Below, piece by piece: positions 53,591-61,542 of a stretch of DNA of 64,000 bases. Both the position numbers and the translations under genes were made by a program. The DNA is from an uncultured Gemmatimonadales bacterium (GTDB lineage: Bacteria; Gemmatimonadota; Gemmatimonadetes; Gemmatimonadales; GWC2-71-9), in the NCBI GenBank assembly GCA_963751925.1, contig CAVVWJ010000001.1:452497-516496 (forward strand), given 5' to 3'. The stretch's first letter is position 1. Each line of letters opens with the position of its first letter. The notes under the pieces are model-generated. The model ran no database searches. It was not told where the DNA came from and worked only from the letters and a program-made list of their open reading frames with translations.

Positions 53591-53677
53591 GCTGGCGTGG
53601 TTGAGATACGTCGTCTCTGCCGCCCAGGGGAACTCCTCCTCCTGAGCTGGCCTAGATCCCAGCTTTCACTCCCCACT

Positions 53678-54523
53678 CTACCGCTCGGTTCTGAGCTTTG
53701 GGTCATACGCCTCCCGCAACCCGTCGCCCACAAGGTTGAATCCCAGCACCGCCGCTCCAATCGCCAGGCCCGGAGCGAAGGAGATCCAGGGCGCCACCCG
53801 AAGAAGATCCCGTCCATCAGCGACCATGGCTCCCCAACTCGGCGTTGGCGGCTGTGCGCCCAGACCAACAAATGAGAGCGCAGCCTCGGCCATGATGGCT
53901 CCCGCGATACCGAGCGTGGCCGCAATGATCACCTGAGTGCGTACGTTGGGCAGGAGATGCCGGAGAAGGACTCTGCGGTCTTGCGCGCCTAAGGCCTGAG
54001 CCGCCAGGACGAATTCCGATCGGCGGAGGACCAGAACCTGGCTTCTCACCAGCCTGGCCATGCCGGCCCAGCCCACAATGCCGATTACGACGAACACCAG
54101 TGGCAGCGACGGCTTGACGGCCGCGGCTACCGCGATGAGCAGAAGGAGCGTCGGAAATGCCAGAGTGACGTCGGCCAGGCGCATTACCAGCGCGTCCACC
54201 CAGCGCCCGTAATACCCCGCCACGAGCCCCAGTGCGACCCCCAGCGTGACCGACACCGATTGGGAGATCACTCCCACGGTGAGCGAGAGTCGAGCCCCAT
54301 AGAGCACCCGGCTCAGCACGTCCCGGCCCTGGGTGTCTGTACCCAGGAGGTAGTGCCGGCCGGGCTTCAGCAGGTACGCCCCTCTGAGGTCCCCCGTGAT
54401 CGGATTGTAGGGGGCGAGCCAGGGGGCAAACACGGCCGCGATGATGACCAGCGCGACGAAAAAAAGGCCCAGTTGGAAGAAGCGGTCCCGCTTCAGGCGC
54501 TGCAGTAGCGCACTTTCTGGCAT
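53678..54523 (-). CDS. ABC transporter permease, DppC/OppC family
   Basis: 281 aa. LAPYNP, LLGTDTQGRDVLSRVLYGARLSL, and the EAA-loop region SEFVLAAQALGAQDRRVLLRHLLPN. Confidence 0.88.
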   Translation of the reverse strand: MPESALLQRLKRDRFFQLGLFFVALVIIAAVFAPWLAPYNPITGDLRGAYLLKPGRHYLLGTDTQGRDVLSRVLYGARLSLTVGVISQSVSVTLGVALGLVAGYYGRWVDALVMRLADVTLAFPTLLLLIAVAAAVKPSLPLVFVVIGIVGWAGMARLVRSQVLVLRRSEFVLAAQALGAQDRRVLLRHLLPNVRTQVIIAATLGIAGAIMAEAALSFVGLGAQPPTPSWGAMVADGRDLLRVAPWISFAPGLAIGAAVLGFNLVGDGLREAYDPKLRTER

Positions 54524-54648
54524 CTCACTCCAGTGACGTACGTTACCCGTTCGTACAGCCGCTTCTCACGGCGCTCAGGCGCACGATTCTTGCACTTTAG
54601 ATCGGGCCTGCGGACGATAGTAACCTTCTGTGGGGGCGGGGGCGAATA

Positions 54649-55710
54649 GTGATTCCAGATAGTCCCTTTACTCTGGTGCTCAGCGGCGGCGGCCTCAAAG
54701 GGCTGGCCCATATCGGCGTGCTCCGCGCTCTGGAAGAGCGAGAGCTGGTCCCGCACCTGGTGGTAGGCTCGAGTATCGGCTCATTGATCGCCGCCGCCTG
54801 GGCGGCTGGTGTTCCCATCGCCGAGATGGACCGGCGAGCCCGGCTGGTACGGCGGCGGGACGTGTTCCAGGTCGCCCGAGCCGACGTCGCCTTCAGGCGC
54901 TTGCTGGCACCAGCGCTCTACCGCCGTGAGCCCCTCGAGGGCCTCATCACCAGTTTGGTCGGAAAGCTGACATTTGGCGATCTCCAGCGTCGCCTCCTCA
55001 TCAATACCGTCGACCTTCATTCCGGAATGCAGGTGATGTGGGGCCTCCCCGGTTTGCGTGATGCTCGCGTAGCCGATGCCGTGGCTGCCTCGTGCGCCCT
55101 GCCAGGGATCTTCCCGCCTCGAGAGATCAACGGCCGAGCCTACGTCGATGGCGCGGTCGTCGAGAATCTCCCGGTACGCATGGCCGCCTCCCTGGGACAG
55201 GGACCTATCCTCGCGATCAACGTGGCCGCCACCAGCGTCCTCCGCTCGGAGATCGAGACGCAGGGGTTTGCGGCGACCTATATCCGTGGCCTCGAGATCG
55301 TGATGCAGAATCAGATCGAGGCGCAGCTGCGGGATTGGAAGGGCCCCCCTTTGGTACTGGTGCAGCCTAGGGTCGAGCAAATTTCGATGTTCGCCTTCGA
55401 CAAAACCGCCGAGCTCATCGAGGCCGGGTACCGCGCCACCGCCAACACGCTGGATCAGCTGGGCACCCGGCTGGGTGGGATCGCCCGTGGAATGCACCCG
55501 ACTCGGCGGCTCCGGGTTGTGGTAGACGAGGACCGGTGCGTCGGATGCGGCTCCTGCGTCGTCCAGGCGCCCAAGGTTTTCCGCCTCGATGCCAGGGGGA
55601 AGGCGGAGGTCCTGACACCAGTGCAAACCTGGTCTCCTATCGATGGCGCCTACGTCTTGAACTGCCCCACCTACGCGATCAGCGTGCGTCCCGAAGACTC
55701 TGCGGCCTGA
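54649..55710 (+). CDS. Patatin-like phospholipase fused to a C-terminal single-cluster ferredoxin domain
   Basis: SGGGLKG (oxyanion hole), GSSIG (GxSxG), YVDGAV (catalytic Asp). The last ~65 aa read DEDRCVGCGSCVVQAPKVF...NCPTYAI (CxxCxxC...CP). Confidence 0.82.
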   Translation: MIPDSPFTLVLSGGGLKGLAHIGVLRALEERELVPHLVVGSSIGSLIAAAWAAGVPIAEMDRRARLVRRRDVFQVARADVAFRRLLAPALYRREPLEGLITSLVGKLTFGDLQRRLLINTVDLHSGMQVMWGLPGLRDARVADAVAASCALPGIFPPREINGRAYVDGAVVENLPVRMAASLGQGPILAINVAATSVLRSEIETQGFAATYIRGLEIVMQNQIEAQLRDWKGPPLVLVQPRVEQISMFAFDKTAELIEAGYRATANTLDQLGTRLGGIARGMHPTRRLRVVVDEDRCVGCGSCVVQAPKVFRLDARGKAEVLTPVQTWSPIDGAYVLNCPTYAISVRPEDSAA

Positions 55711-56320
55711 CCTCAAAGATGAACACTGCGGCACCCGACTGACGGAAGGGCAGCATATTCCGGAGAGGCGTGCGATAGTAACGGCGAATCCGCACCGCCC
55801 CCCAGGGAGACAGTGCCCGTCTTAGGCTCTCCACTTCGTAGACTCTCTTGTGATCGGGATCCCAGAAAGATCGCCCTACCGGCGTTGTCCCGACCAGGAC
55901 GCCCCCCGGTGCCAGGAACCCAACCAGCTCGCCCACGAACTTCGAATCATCGGGAACGTGCTCCAGAACCTCACTGCAGTAGACCAGGTCGAACTGTCCC
56001 GGACCGGGAGGCACGTTGGTGAATTGCGGGTGTGAAGCCTCGCCCCGGAATTTCTCTGCCTGTGCGATTGCCGCCGGAGATATGTCGTAACCTACGGCTT
56101 CGCCACCCAGCTGCTGCAGGCGAATAGTGAAAACCCCATCCATGCACCCGAAGTCGAGCACCCGCTTGCCGTCCGGCCGATAGCGCCGGAGCAGGGTGCG
56201 CTGGCGCCAGAGCAGGTGCTTGAGACGCCACTCGAGGTCGAGCGCACGGGGACCTTGCCGCTCCAGCCATGCCAGATACTGGCGATCGTATTCCGCAGGA
56301 GTGACAGTCGCGTGCGTCAT
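55679..56320 (-). CDS. Class I SAM-dependent methyltransferase
   Basis: The ATG at 56320 overlaps the upstream GT4 stop (ATGA). VLDFGCMDG, GYDISP, DLVYCSEVLEHV, LAPGGVLV. The ORF-track start at 56488 lies inside the upstream gene. The 3' end overlaps convergent patatin by 32 bp. Confidence 0.82.
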   Translation of the reverse strand: MTHATVTPAEYDRQYLAWLERQGPRALDLEWRLKHLLWRQRTLLRRYRPDGKRVLDFGCMDGVFTIRLQQLGGEAVGYDISPAAIAQAEKFRGEASHPQFTNVPPGPGQFDLVYCSEVLEHVPDDSKFVGELVGFLAPGGVLVGTTPVGRSFWDPDHKRVYEVESLRRALSPWGAVRIRRYYRTPLRNMLPFRQSGAAVFIFEVRPQSLRDAR

Positions 56321-57573
56321 CGTGGAATCACCTTGGCTACGCTTCCCTGCCCCAGCTCGTGACCTATCCTTGCCAGATCCGCGGCGACTCGGTCCCAGTT
56401 GTAGTTGGACTCGACCAATTGTCGCCCTCGGGCTCCCAGGCGTTTCGCCAGCGAACCGTCGTCCAGCAGGCGACGGACGGCCGTACATGCCTCCGCCGGA
56501 CCATCCGCGCCCACGAGCAGACCGGTTTCACCATCCAACACCGTCTCGGGAATCCCGCCACTTCGCCCGGCAACCACAGGAAGTCCACAGGCCGCGGCCT
56601 CAACCAGCGATATGCCGAATCCTTCGGCTCTCAATTCCATGAGTCGCGAGAGTCCCAGATAGATCTCAGCGCAGTTGTACAGCGCGGGTAGGTCGTCATC
56701 GGGTACCGCTGTCAGTACCCGCACTCGTTGGGATATACCCAGCTTCAGAGCTCGCGCCTCCAGCGTGGACTGCTCCTCGCCCGAGCCCACAACGATATAG
56801 CCGAGATCGGGGTAATCCTGAGCCAACTGAGCCAGTACGACCAAGGCGGTATCGATCCCCTTGTGTGAAGTGAGTCGCGCGACTGTCAGCATCCATCGGC
56901 GCCCTTCCAGACGATACCGCGCACGGACCTGCGACTGATCTATTCCCGGGCGAAAGAACGACGGGTCGGTACCCAGCGGAACGGTGCGTACCCGCTGCAT
57001 CGCGGCCTCTACCCCAAGGTAATCCAGGAGCCTCCGGCAGAGATCCGCAGTCCAGGAACTGTTCGCTACGACCACCGATGCCGATCCGAGGAGGGCGCGA
57101 CTGGTGCGGCGCTTGGCCCGGGATCGTTCAGCCTGATCCCGAAGGATCAGAAGGTCGCCGCCGTGTACCAGTATGCCGTAGGGAGTGCCGACCCGGGCGG
57201 CGGTCCATCTGGCCGGGTAGCCCGCAGGCTTGATGTTCCCGCACCAGACGAACTCGGCTCGCGTCGTTCGGGCGAGCGCCGCGACTCGTCGCGACCAGAG
57301 CAGGAGACCCTGGACGGTGCGAAGGCGTCGCGCTGGAATAGGAAGCCGGTCGACCGGGTTGGGATACTTGGAGTCGACTGTCCTTGATTCCGGGTGTTCT
57401 CCGGTCGAGACCACTAGAGATCCCGCCGGGTAGCGGCGGGCCAGCTCACCCATCCACCGCGCAATGCCACCTCCCATTGGCGGGAAATCATAGGTGAGGA
57501 GCAGCTGGAGCCGCGCCTCCCGCGGCTTTCCGTGGGCTGTGTCTCTTGCTGTGAACACGCGAACATCAGCCAC
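56317..57573 (-). CDS. GT4-family glycosyltransferase
   Basis: LLLTYDFPPMGGGIARW, and C-terminal EGFGISLVEAAACGLPVVAGRSGGIPE. Confidence 0.88.
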   Translation of the reverse strand: MADVRVFTARDTAHGKPREARLQLLLTYDFPPMGGGIARWMGELARRYPAGSLVVSTGEHPESRTVDSKYPNPVDRLPIPARRLRTVQGLLLWSRRVAALARTTRAEFVWCGNIKPAGYPARWTAARVGTPYGILVHGGDLLILRDQAERSRAKRRTSRALLGSASVVVANSSWTADLCRRLLDYLGVEAAMQRVRTVPLGTDPSFFRPGIDQSQVRARYRLEGRRWMLTVARLTSHKGIDTALVVLAQLAQDYPDLGYIVVGSGEEQSTLEARALKLGISQRVRVLTAVPDDDLPALYNCAEIYLGLSRLMELRAEGFGISLVEAAACGLPVVAGRSGGIPETVLDGETGLLVGADGPAEACTAVRRLLDDGSLAKRLGARGRQLVESNYNWDRVAADLARIGHELGQGSVAKVIPR

Positions 57574-58666
57574 TGGTATGAACGATCTCTTCGAGAGCTG
57601 CCTCGTACCCGTCGATCATCCGCTCAAGCGGGAACTCCCGCTCGATTCGCCGGCGAGCGGCATCACCCAGTGAGCCGCGGAGCTCGGCGTTCCGGAGAAG
57701 TCCCACAACGGCCCCGGCCAGAGCGTCCGGCTGCCCCGCAGGAACCAGGACACCGGTTCGCCCATCTCGACCGAGCAGCTCGGCGGTGCCGCCGGCATCA
57801 GCGGCGACGACCGCTCGGCTGCAAGACATCGCTTCACCGACGGCGTTGGGAAAGATCTCCTGGAGTGAGGGATGGACCACCAAATCCGCCGCCGAGAGCG
57901 CGGTGATCATTTCGTCTCCCTCGAGAAGACCGGTGAAGAGCACGGGGAGCCCGAAGGCCGCGGCCAGGGCCTTGAGCTCCGCTTCGCGGCCGCCGTCTCC
58001 ACACACTACATAGAGCAGCTTGGTGCCGGACCGTCTCACCTGATCCAGCCCCGCGATTGCCACTTCATGCCCCTTGTCGCGGACCAGCTTGGCCGACGTG
58101 AGCACGAGGAGCGACTCCGCCGGAATGTTCCACTTGCTCCGGAATGCTATCGCCGCGTCCGGCTGGTGACGAAAGCGGACTGTGTCGTAGCCGTTGGCAA
58201 TCTGGTATGCTGGCCGGCCAGTGAGCCACGGGATGTCCTGGTGAGCGCGCTCCTTGATATAGCGCGATTGAAATACATAGGCGGCTACCCGGCCAAGATA
58301 GATCCGGTCCGCCAGGTGATTGCGTGCGCTCCGGTAGTTGAGATTATAGCGGTAGACGATGCGAGCACGGTGAGCCAGTGTGGCGTACGCCGCCAGGCGA
58401 ACGTCGCGAGGGGTGTCGACCAGCACCGCTTCTGCCTTTGACAGACGGAGGCTCTGCCACAGCGCTCTGACTTCCCGCGGACCGGTGTTGCGGCCCGGAA
58501 TTTCGGAGACATCCAGTCCGTCGGCCATGAAGCGAGTGGTGACGCGCGGCGCTGCGGTAACGAGATGTACGCGATGGCCTCGCTGGCTCAAGCCCCGGGC
58601 GATTTTCGCGTAGCTGGCGCCGGAGCCGCGCCAGCCGTTCGCGGAGGTCAAAAGGACGACTCGCAT
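57566..58666 (-). CDS. GT4-family glycosyltransferase
   Basis: MRVVLLTSANGWRGSGASY, and C-terminal QEIFPNAVGEAMSCSRAVVAADAGGTAE. Confidence 0.88.
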   Translation of the reverse strand: MRVVLLTSANGWRGSGASYAKIARGLSQRGHRVHLVTAAPRVTTRFMADGLDVSEIPGRNTGPREVRALWQSLRLSKAEAVLVDTPRDVRLAAYATLAHRARIVYRYNLNYRSARNHLADRIYLGRVAAYVFQSRYIKERAHQDIPWLTGRPAYQIANGYDTVRFRHQPDAAIAFRSKWNIPAESLLVLTSAKLVRDKGHEVAIAGLDQVRRSGTKLLYVVCGDGGREAELKALAAAFGLPVLFTGLLEGDEMITALSAADLVVHPSLQEIFPNAVGEAMSCSRAVVAADAGGTAELLGRDGRTGVLVPAGQPDALAGAVVGLLRNAELRGSLGDAARRRIEREFPLERMIDGYEAALEEIVHTSG

Positions 58667-58685
58667 GTCAGGCTATTATACCCCG

Positions 58686-59630
58686 ATGCGCATCGTCGTT
58701 CTGGGGGCAGGGGGAGCTCGCAAGACCGAGACCTCGATCGTCAGGGCGGCGCGATCCCTCGGACACGCGTGCCGGCTGGTCAACAGCGCCTGGCTGCGAC
58801 GGTATCTGCCATTCCCCGGGCGAGTGGCCACGTATCTCACCGACGAGTTCGAGCCTGACCTCCTCATCCTCACCCGGCATGCTGTCGAGCTGGGCCAGGA
58901 AGTCATCGTTCAGCTTGCAGCGCGCCGCCCCACCGTGTTCTGGTATTTCGATCTCGAACCCACGGACAAGGTGGTCGCACTCGGCAGACTGACGCAGCGC
59001 ATGTTCATCACCTGCCTTGCTCAAATCGACGTGTACCACCGGGCGGGCGTGGCCGACGTAAAATTTCTGCCGCAAGCTGTAGACCCGATGCTTGACGTTC
59101 CCGTTCAGAGTGCCGGAACCCGGTACCGGTGTGATACCTCGTTCGTCGGCTCTGGGCAGTCTGCCCATCGCTATGAGGTACTCCGTGCTGTGGCCGAAGT
59201 GAGCCGCCTCCAGATTCGCGGTCCCGGCTGGGCCGACGCTCCCTCAGATCTGCCCGTCGTAGGAGGGCCAGTGCACGGGCGCCGTCTTGGTGAGGTGATC
59301 CGCGGGGCGTCGATCTCTCTGGGGGCGAATTCGCACCCCAGTCACGAGGTCTATAGAGCTTCAGCCTCGAATCGCATGTGGAAGGTTCTGGGTCGCGCCG
59401 GGTTCTACCTGGGTCCCTATGTAGAGGACATCGAACACTTCGCCGCAGACGGCGTGCATTGCGCCTGGTACCGCGATCCATCCCACGCGGCGGAGCTGAC
59501 GCGCCAGTATCTCGATCAGCCCGACCAGCGTGATCGCATTGCCCGAGCCGGGCGGACTCATGCACTGGCCAACCACACCTACGCCCACCGTGTGGCGCTG
59601 CTCCTGGCGGGAAAGGGATATTCGCTCTAG
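58686..59630 (+). CDS. CgeB-like / Glyco_trans_1_2-type glycosyltransferase family protein
   Basis: MRIVVLGAGG..., with a C-terminal SNRMWKVLGRAGFYLGPYVEDIEHFAADGVHCAWYRD...ARAGRTHALANHTYAHRV pattern typical of CgeB-like proteins. An alternative ATG at 58665 would overlap the divergent GT4 start. Confidence 0.65.
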   Translation: MRIVVLGAGGARKTETSIVRAARSLGHACRLVNSAWLRRYLPFPGRVATYLTDEFEPDLLILTRHAVELGQEVIVQLAARRPTVFWYFDLEPTDKVVALGRLTQRMFITCLAQIDVYHRAGVADVKFLPQAVDPMLDVPVQSAGTRYRCDTSFVGSGQSAHRYEVLRAVAEVSRLQIRGPGWADAPSDLPVVGGPVHGRRLGEVIRGASISLGANSHPSHEVYRASASNRMWKVLGRAGFYLGPYVEDIEHFAADGVHCAWYRDPSHAAELTRQYLDQPDQRDRIARAGRTHALANHTYAHRVALLLAGKGYSL

Positions 59631-60490
59631 ACGATCTTGTAGTTGCGGAACTCGAAGACCCTCACACCGGTCAACCGCTCGATCAACCCCGAGACATAGT
59701 AGCGAATGAAGCGCCAGCGGAACCGGCGCCGCTCGATGACACGCTCCGGGTCGAGCCGGCGAGCATTGATCCACTCCTGCGCCACCAGTGGATGGGTTCC
59801 CTGAAAGCGTTGAATACCGGGAATCCATGCGAGAAGCGGCAGGCTGGTATCCGCGTTCCGCCAGGGATACATCGTACGGCCGAGATCGCGCTTCTCGCGG
59901 AGCGCCGAAGCGGGCCTGGCCCAGCCGTAGTGGAACATCTCGGCCCCGGTCAGCCGAGCGCGGATCTTCTTAAGGTCGGGACCGACCCGAAAACCCTGCG
60001 CTCCTTCGAAAGGACGGATATCGAGCTCAGGCGCAAGGCGCACGGCCCGCACCTCTCGCCGGTACCATCGCCGGTGCGTGGCGATCGCATCGAAGCCGCC
60101 GTAGAAGTGGAGATATCGTACCAGGAGTCCCTCCACCCTCCCGTCTGCATCCTGCCGTTGAATCGCTTCGGCCAACTCCTCGGCGCCCCGCTCGTGCAGC
60201 ACCTCGTCCGCCTGGATGTACACTCCCCAGGGATGCGAGCATGCGCGCATGGCCCGAAGTGTCTCGATCCCCAGAACCGCGTTCCGGCGGCTCATGTCCC
60301 ATTCCGTTTCCAGGATGCGGATCTTGGGGTCTCCGATCGACCGGACCAGGTCGAGCGTCTCGTCCTCTGACTGGCCAACGTTGACGACGACCTCATCACA
60401 GATGGGAAGAATGGAACGAATGCTCGCCTCGACCGGGAAGTCGAGCTTGATGGCATTCCGGACCAGGGTAAAGCCTGAGACCTTGATCAC
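59627..60490 (-). CDS. GT2-like glycosyltransferase family protein
   Basis: MIKVSGFTLVRNAIKLDFPVEASIRSILPICDEVVVNVGQSED... is a conserved N-terminus of a family usually annotated as GT2. Convergent 4-bp overlap with the previous gene. Confidence 0.6.
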   Translation of the reverse strand: MIKVSGFTLVRNAIKLDFPVEASIRSILPICDEVVVNVGQSEDETLDLVRSIGDPKIRILETEWDMSRRNAVLGIETLRAMRACSHPWGVYIQADEVLHERGAEELAEAIQRQDADGRVEGLLVRYLHFYGGFDAIATHRRWYRREVRAVRLAPELDIRPFEGAQGFRVGPDLKKIRARLTGAEMFHYGWARPASALREKRDLGRTMYPWRNADTSLPLLAWIPGIQRFQGTHPLVAQEWINARRLDPERVIERRRFRWRFIRYYVSGLIERLTGVRVFEFRNYKIV

Positions 60491-60598
60491 CCGCTTGACT
60501 CACTCCGCTCGAGGAACGCACAATTTGGCTCGTTCGGTTTAGCCAGAGCAAGCAAACCCTCTGACCTGCCTTCCAGCAGTCTGGTACATTGACCCCGC

Positions 60599-61528
60599 AT
60601 GCACATTGCGCTCTACTCTCACCGCCGAATCCCGGTGCACGGGTACGGCGGCACCCAGCGGGTTGTGGTTTGGTTGGCTCGTGGACTGATGGAGCTGGGT
60701 CACCGGGTTACACTGGTGGCGCCGTCCGGCTCGGACGTCCCCGGGGCTCAGCTCATTCGACTCGACGCGAAGGTTTCGCGCCGTCCCGGATTCGAGCCGA
60801 GCCTGCTGCTCCCGCCTGGAATCGACATCCTTCACACCCATGTCCGGCTCACGGCAAGCCCTGCAATTCCTCACGTATTCACACTGCATGGCAATCTCCG
60901 TCCGGGCGAGAGCGTGCCGGCCAACACGATATTCCTCAGCGCTGACCACGCCCAGCGCTACGGGGGAACCGCGTTCGTCTATAACGGTGTCGATCCCGCC
61001 GAGTTCATCTACCGCCCATCGAAGGGGGACTACGACCTCTTTCTTGGCAGGCTTCACCGCATAAAGGGCTACCGCTGGGCCATGGATGGAGCCAGGCGGT
61101 CGGGCCGGCGCATCGTGCTGGCCGGTGGCTGGCGACCGAGCTTCTCCCGGCGCGTACGATACGTTGGGACTGTGGACGGCAGCGCCAAGGCAACATGGTT
61201 AGCCGGTGCCGCCTGCCTTTGGATGCCGGCGCTCTGGGATGAGCCGTTTGGACTCACGCTGATCGAGGCGCTCGTGAGCGGCACTCCAGTGCTGGGAACC
61301 CGGCGGGGCGCCCTCCCTGAAGTGGTATCACCTGACGTGGGTGCACTGGGAACGACTCTGGATGACCTGGTCCGGCTGAGAGCGTCATTGGACCGCTGCG
61401 ACCCGGCGGCATGTCGAGCTCGGGCTGAACGATGGTTCACTCATCGCCGGATGGCATCGGAGTACGTTCGGATGTACCAGCACTATCTAGCGAACGGCAG
61501 TCTTCCGGCAGGAGAGCAGACTAGCTAG
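60599..61528 (+). CDS. GT4-family glycosyltransferase (short)
   Basis: MHIALYSHRRIPVHGYGGTQRVVVWLARGL, and C-terminal DEPFGLTLIEALVSGTPVLGTRRGALPE. Confidence 0.82.
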   Translation: MHIALYSHRRIPVHGYGGTQRVVVWLARGLMELGHRVTLVAPSGSDVPGAQLIRLDAKVSRRPGFEPSLLLPPGIDILHTHVRLTASPAIPHVFTLHGNLRPGESVPANTIFLSADHAQRYGGTAFVYNGVDPAEFIYRPSKGDYDLFLGRLHRIKGYRWAMDGARRSGRRIVLAGGWRPSFSRRVRYVGTVDGSAKATWLAGAACLWMPALWDEPFGLTLIEALVSGTPVLGTRRGALPEVVSPDVGALGTTLDDLVRLRASLDRCDPAACRARAERWFTHRRMASEYVRMYQHYLANGSLPAGEQTS

Positions 61529-61542
61529 GTCGGCCCGGTCAA

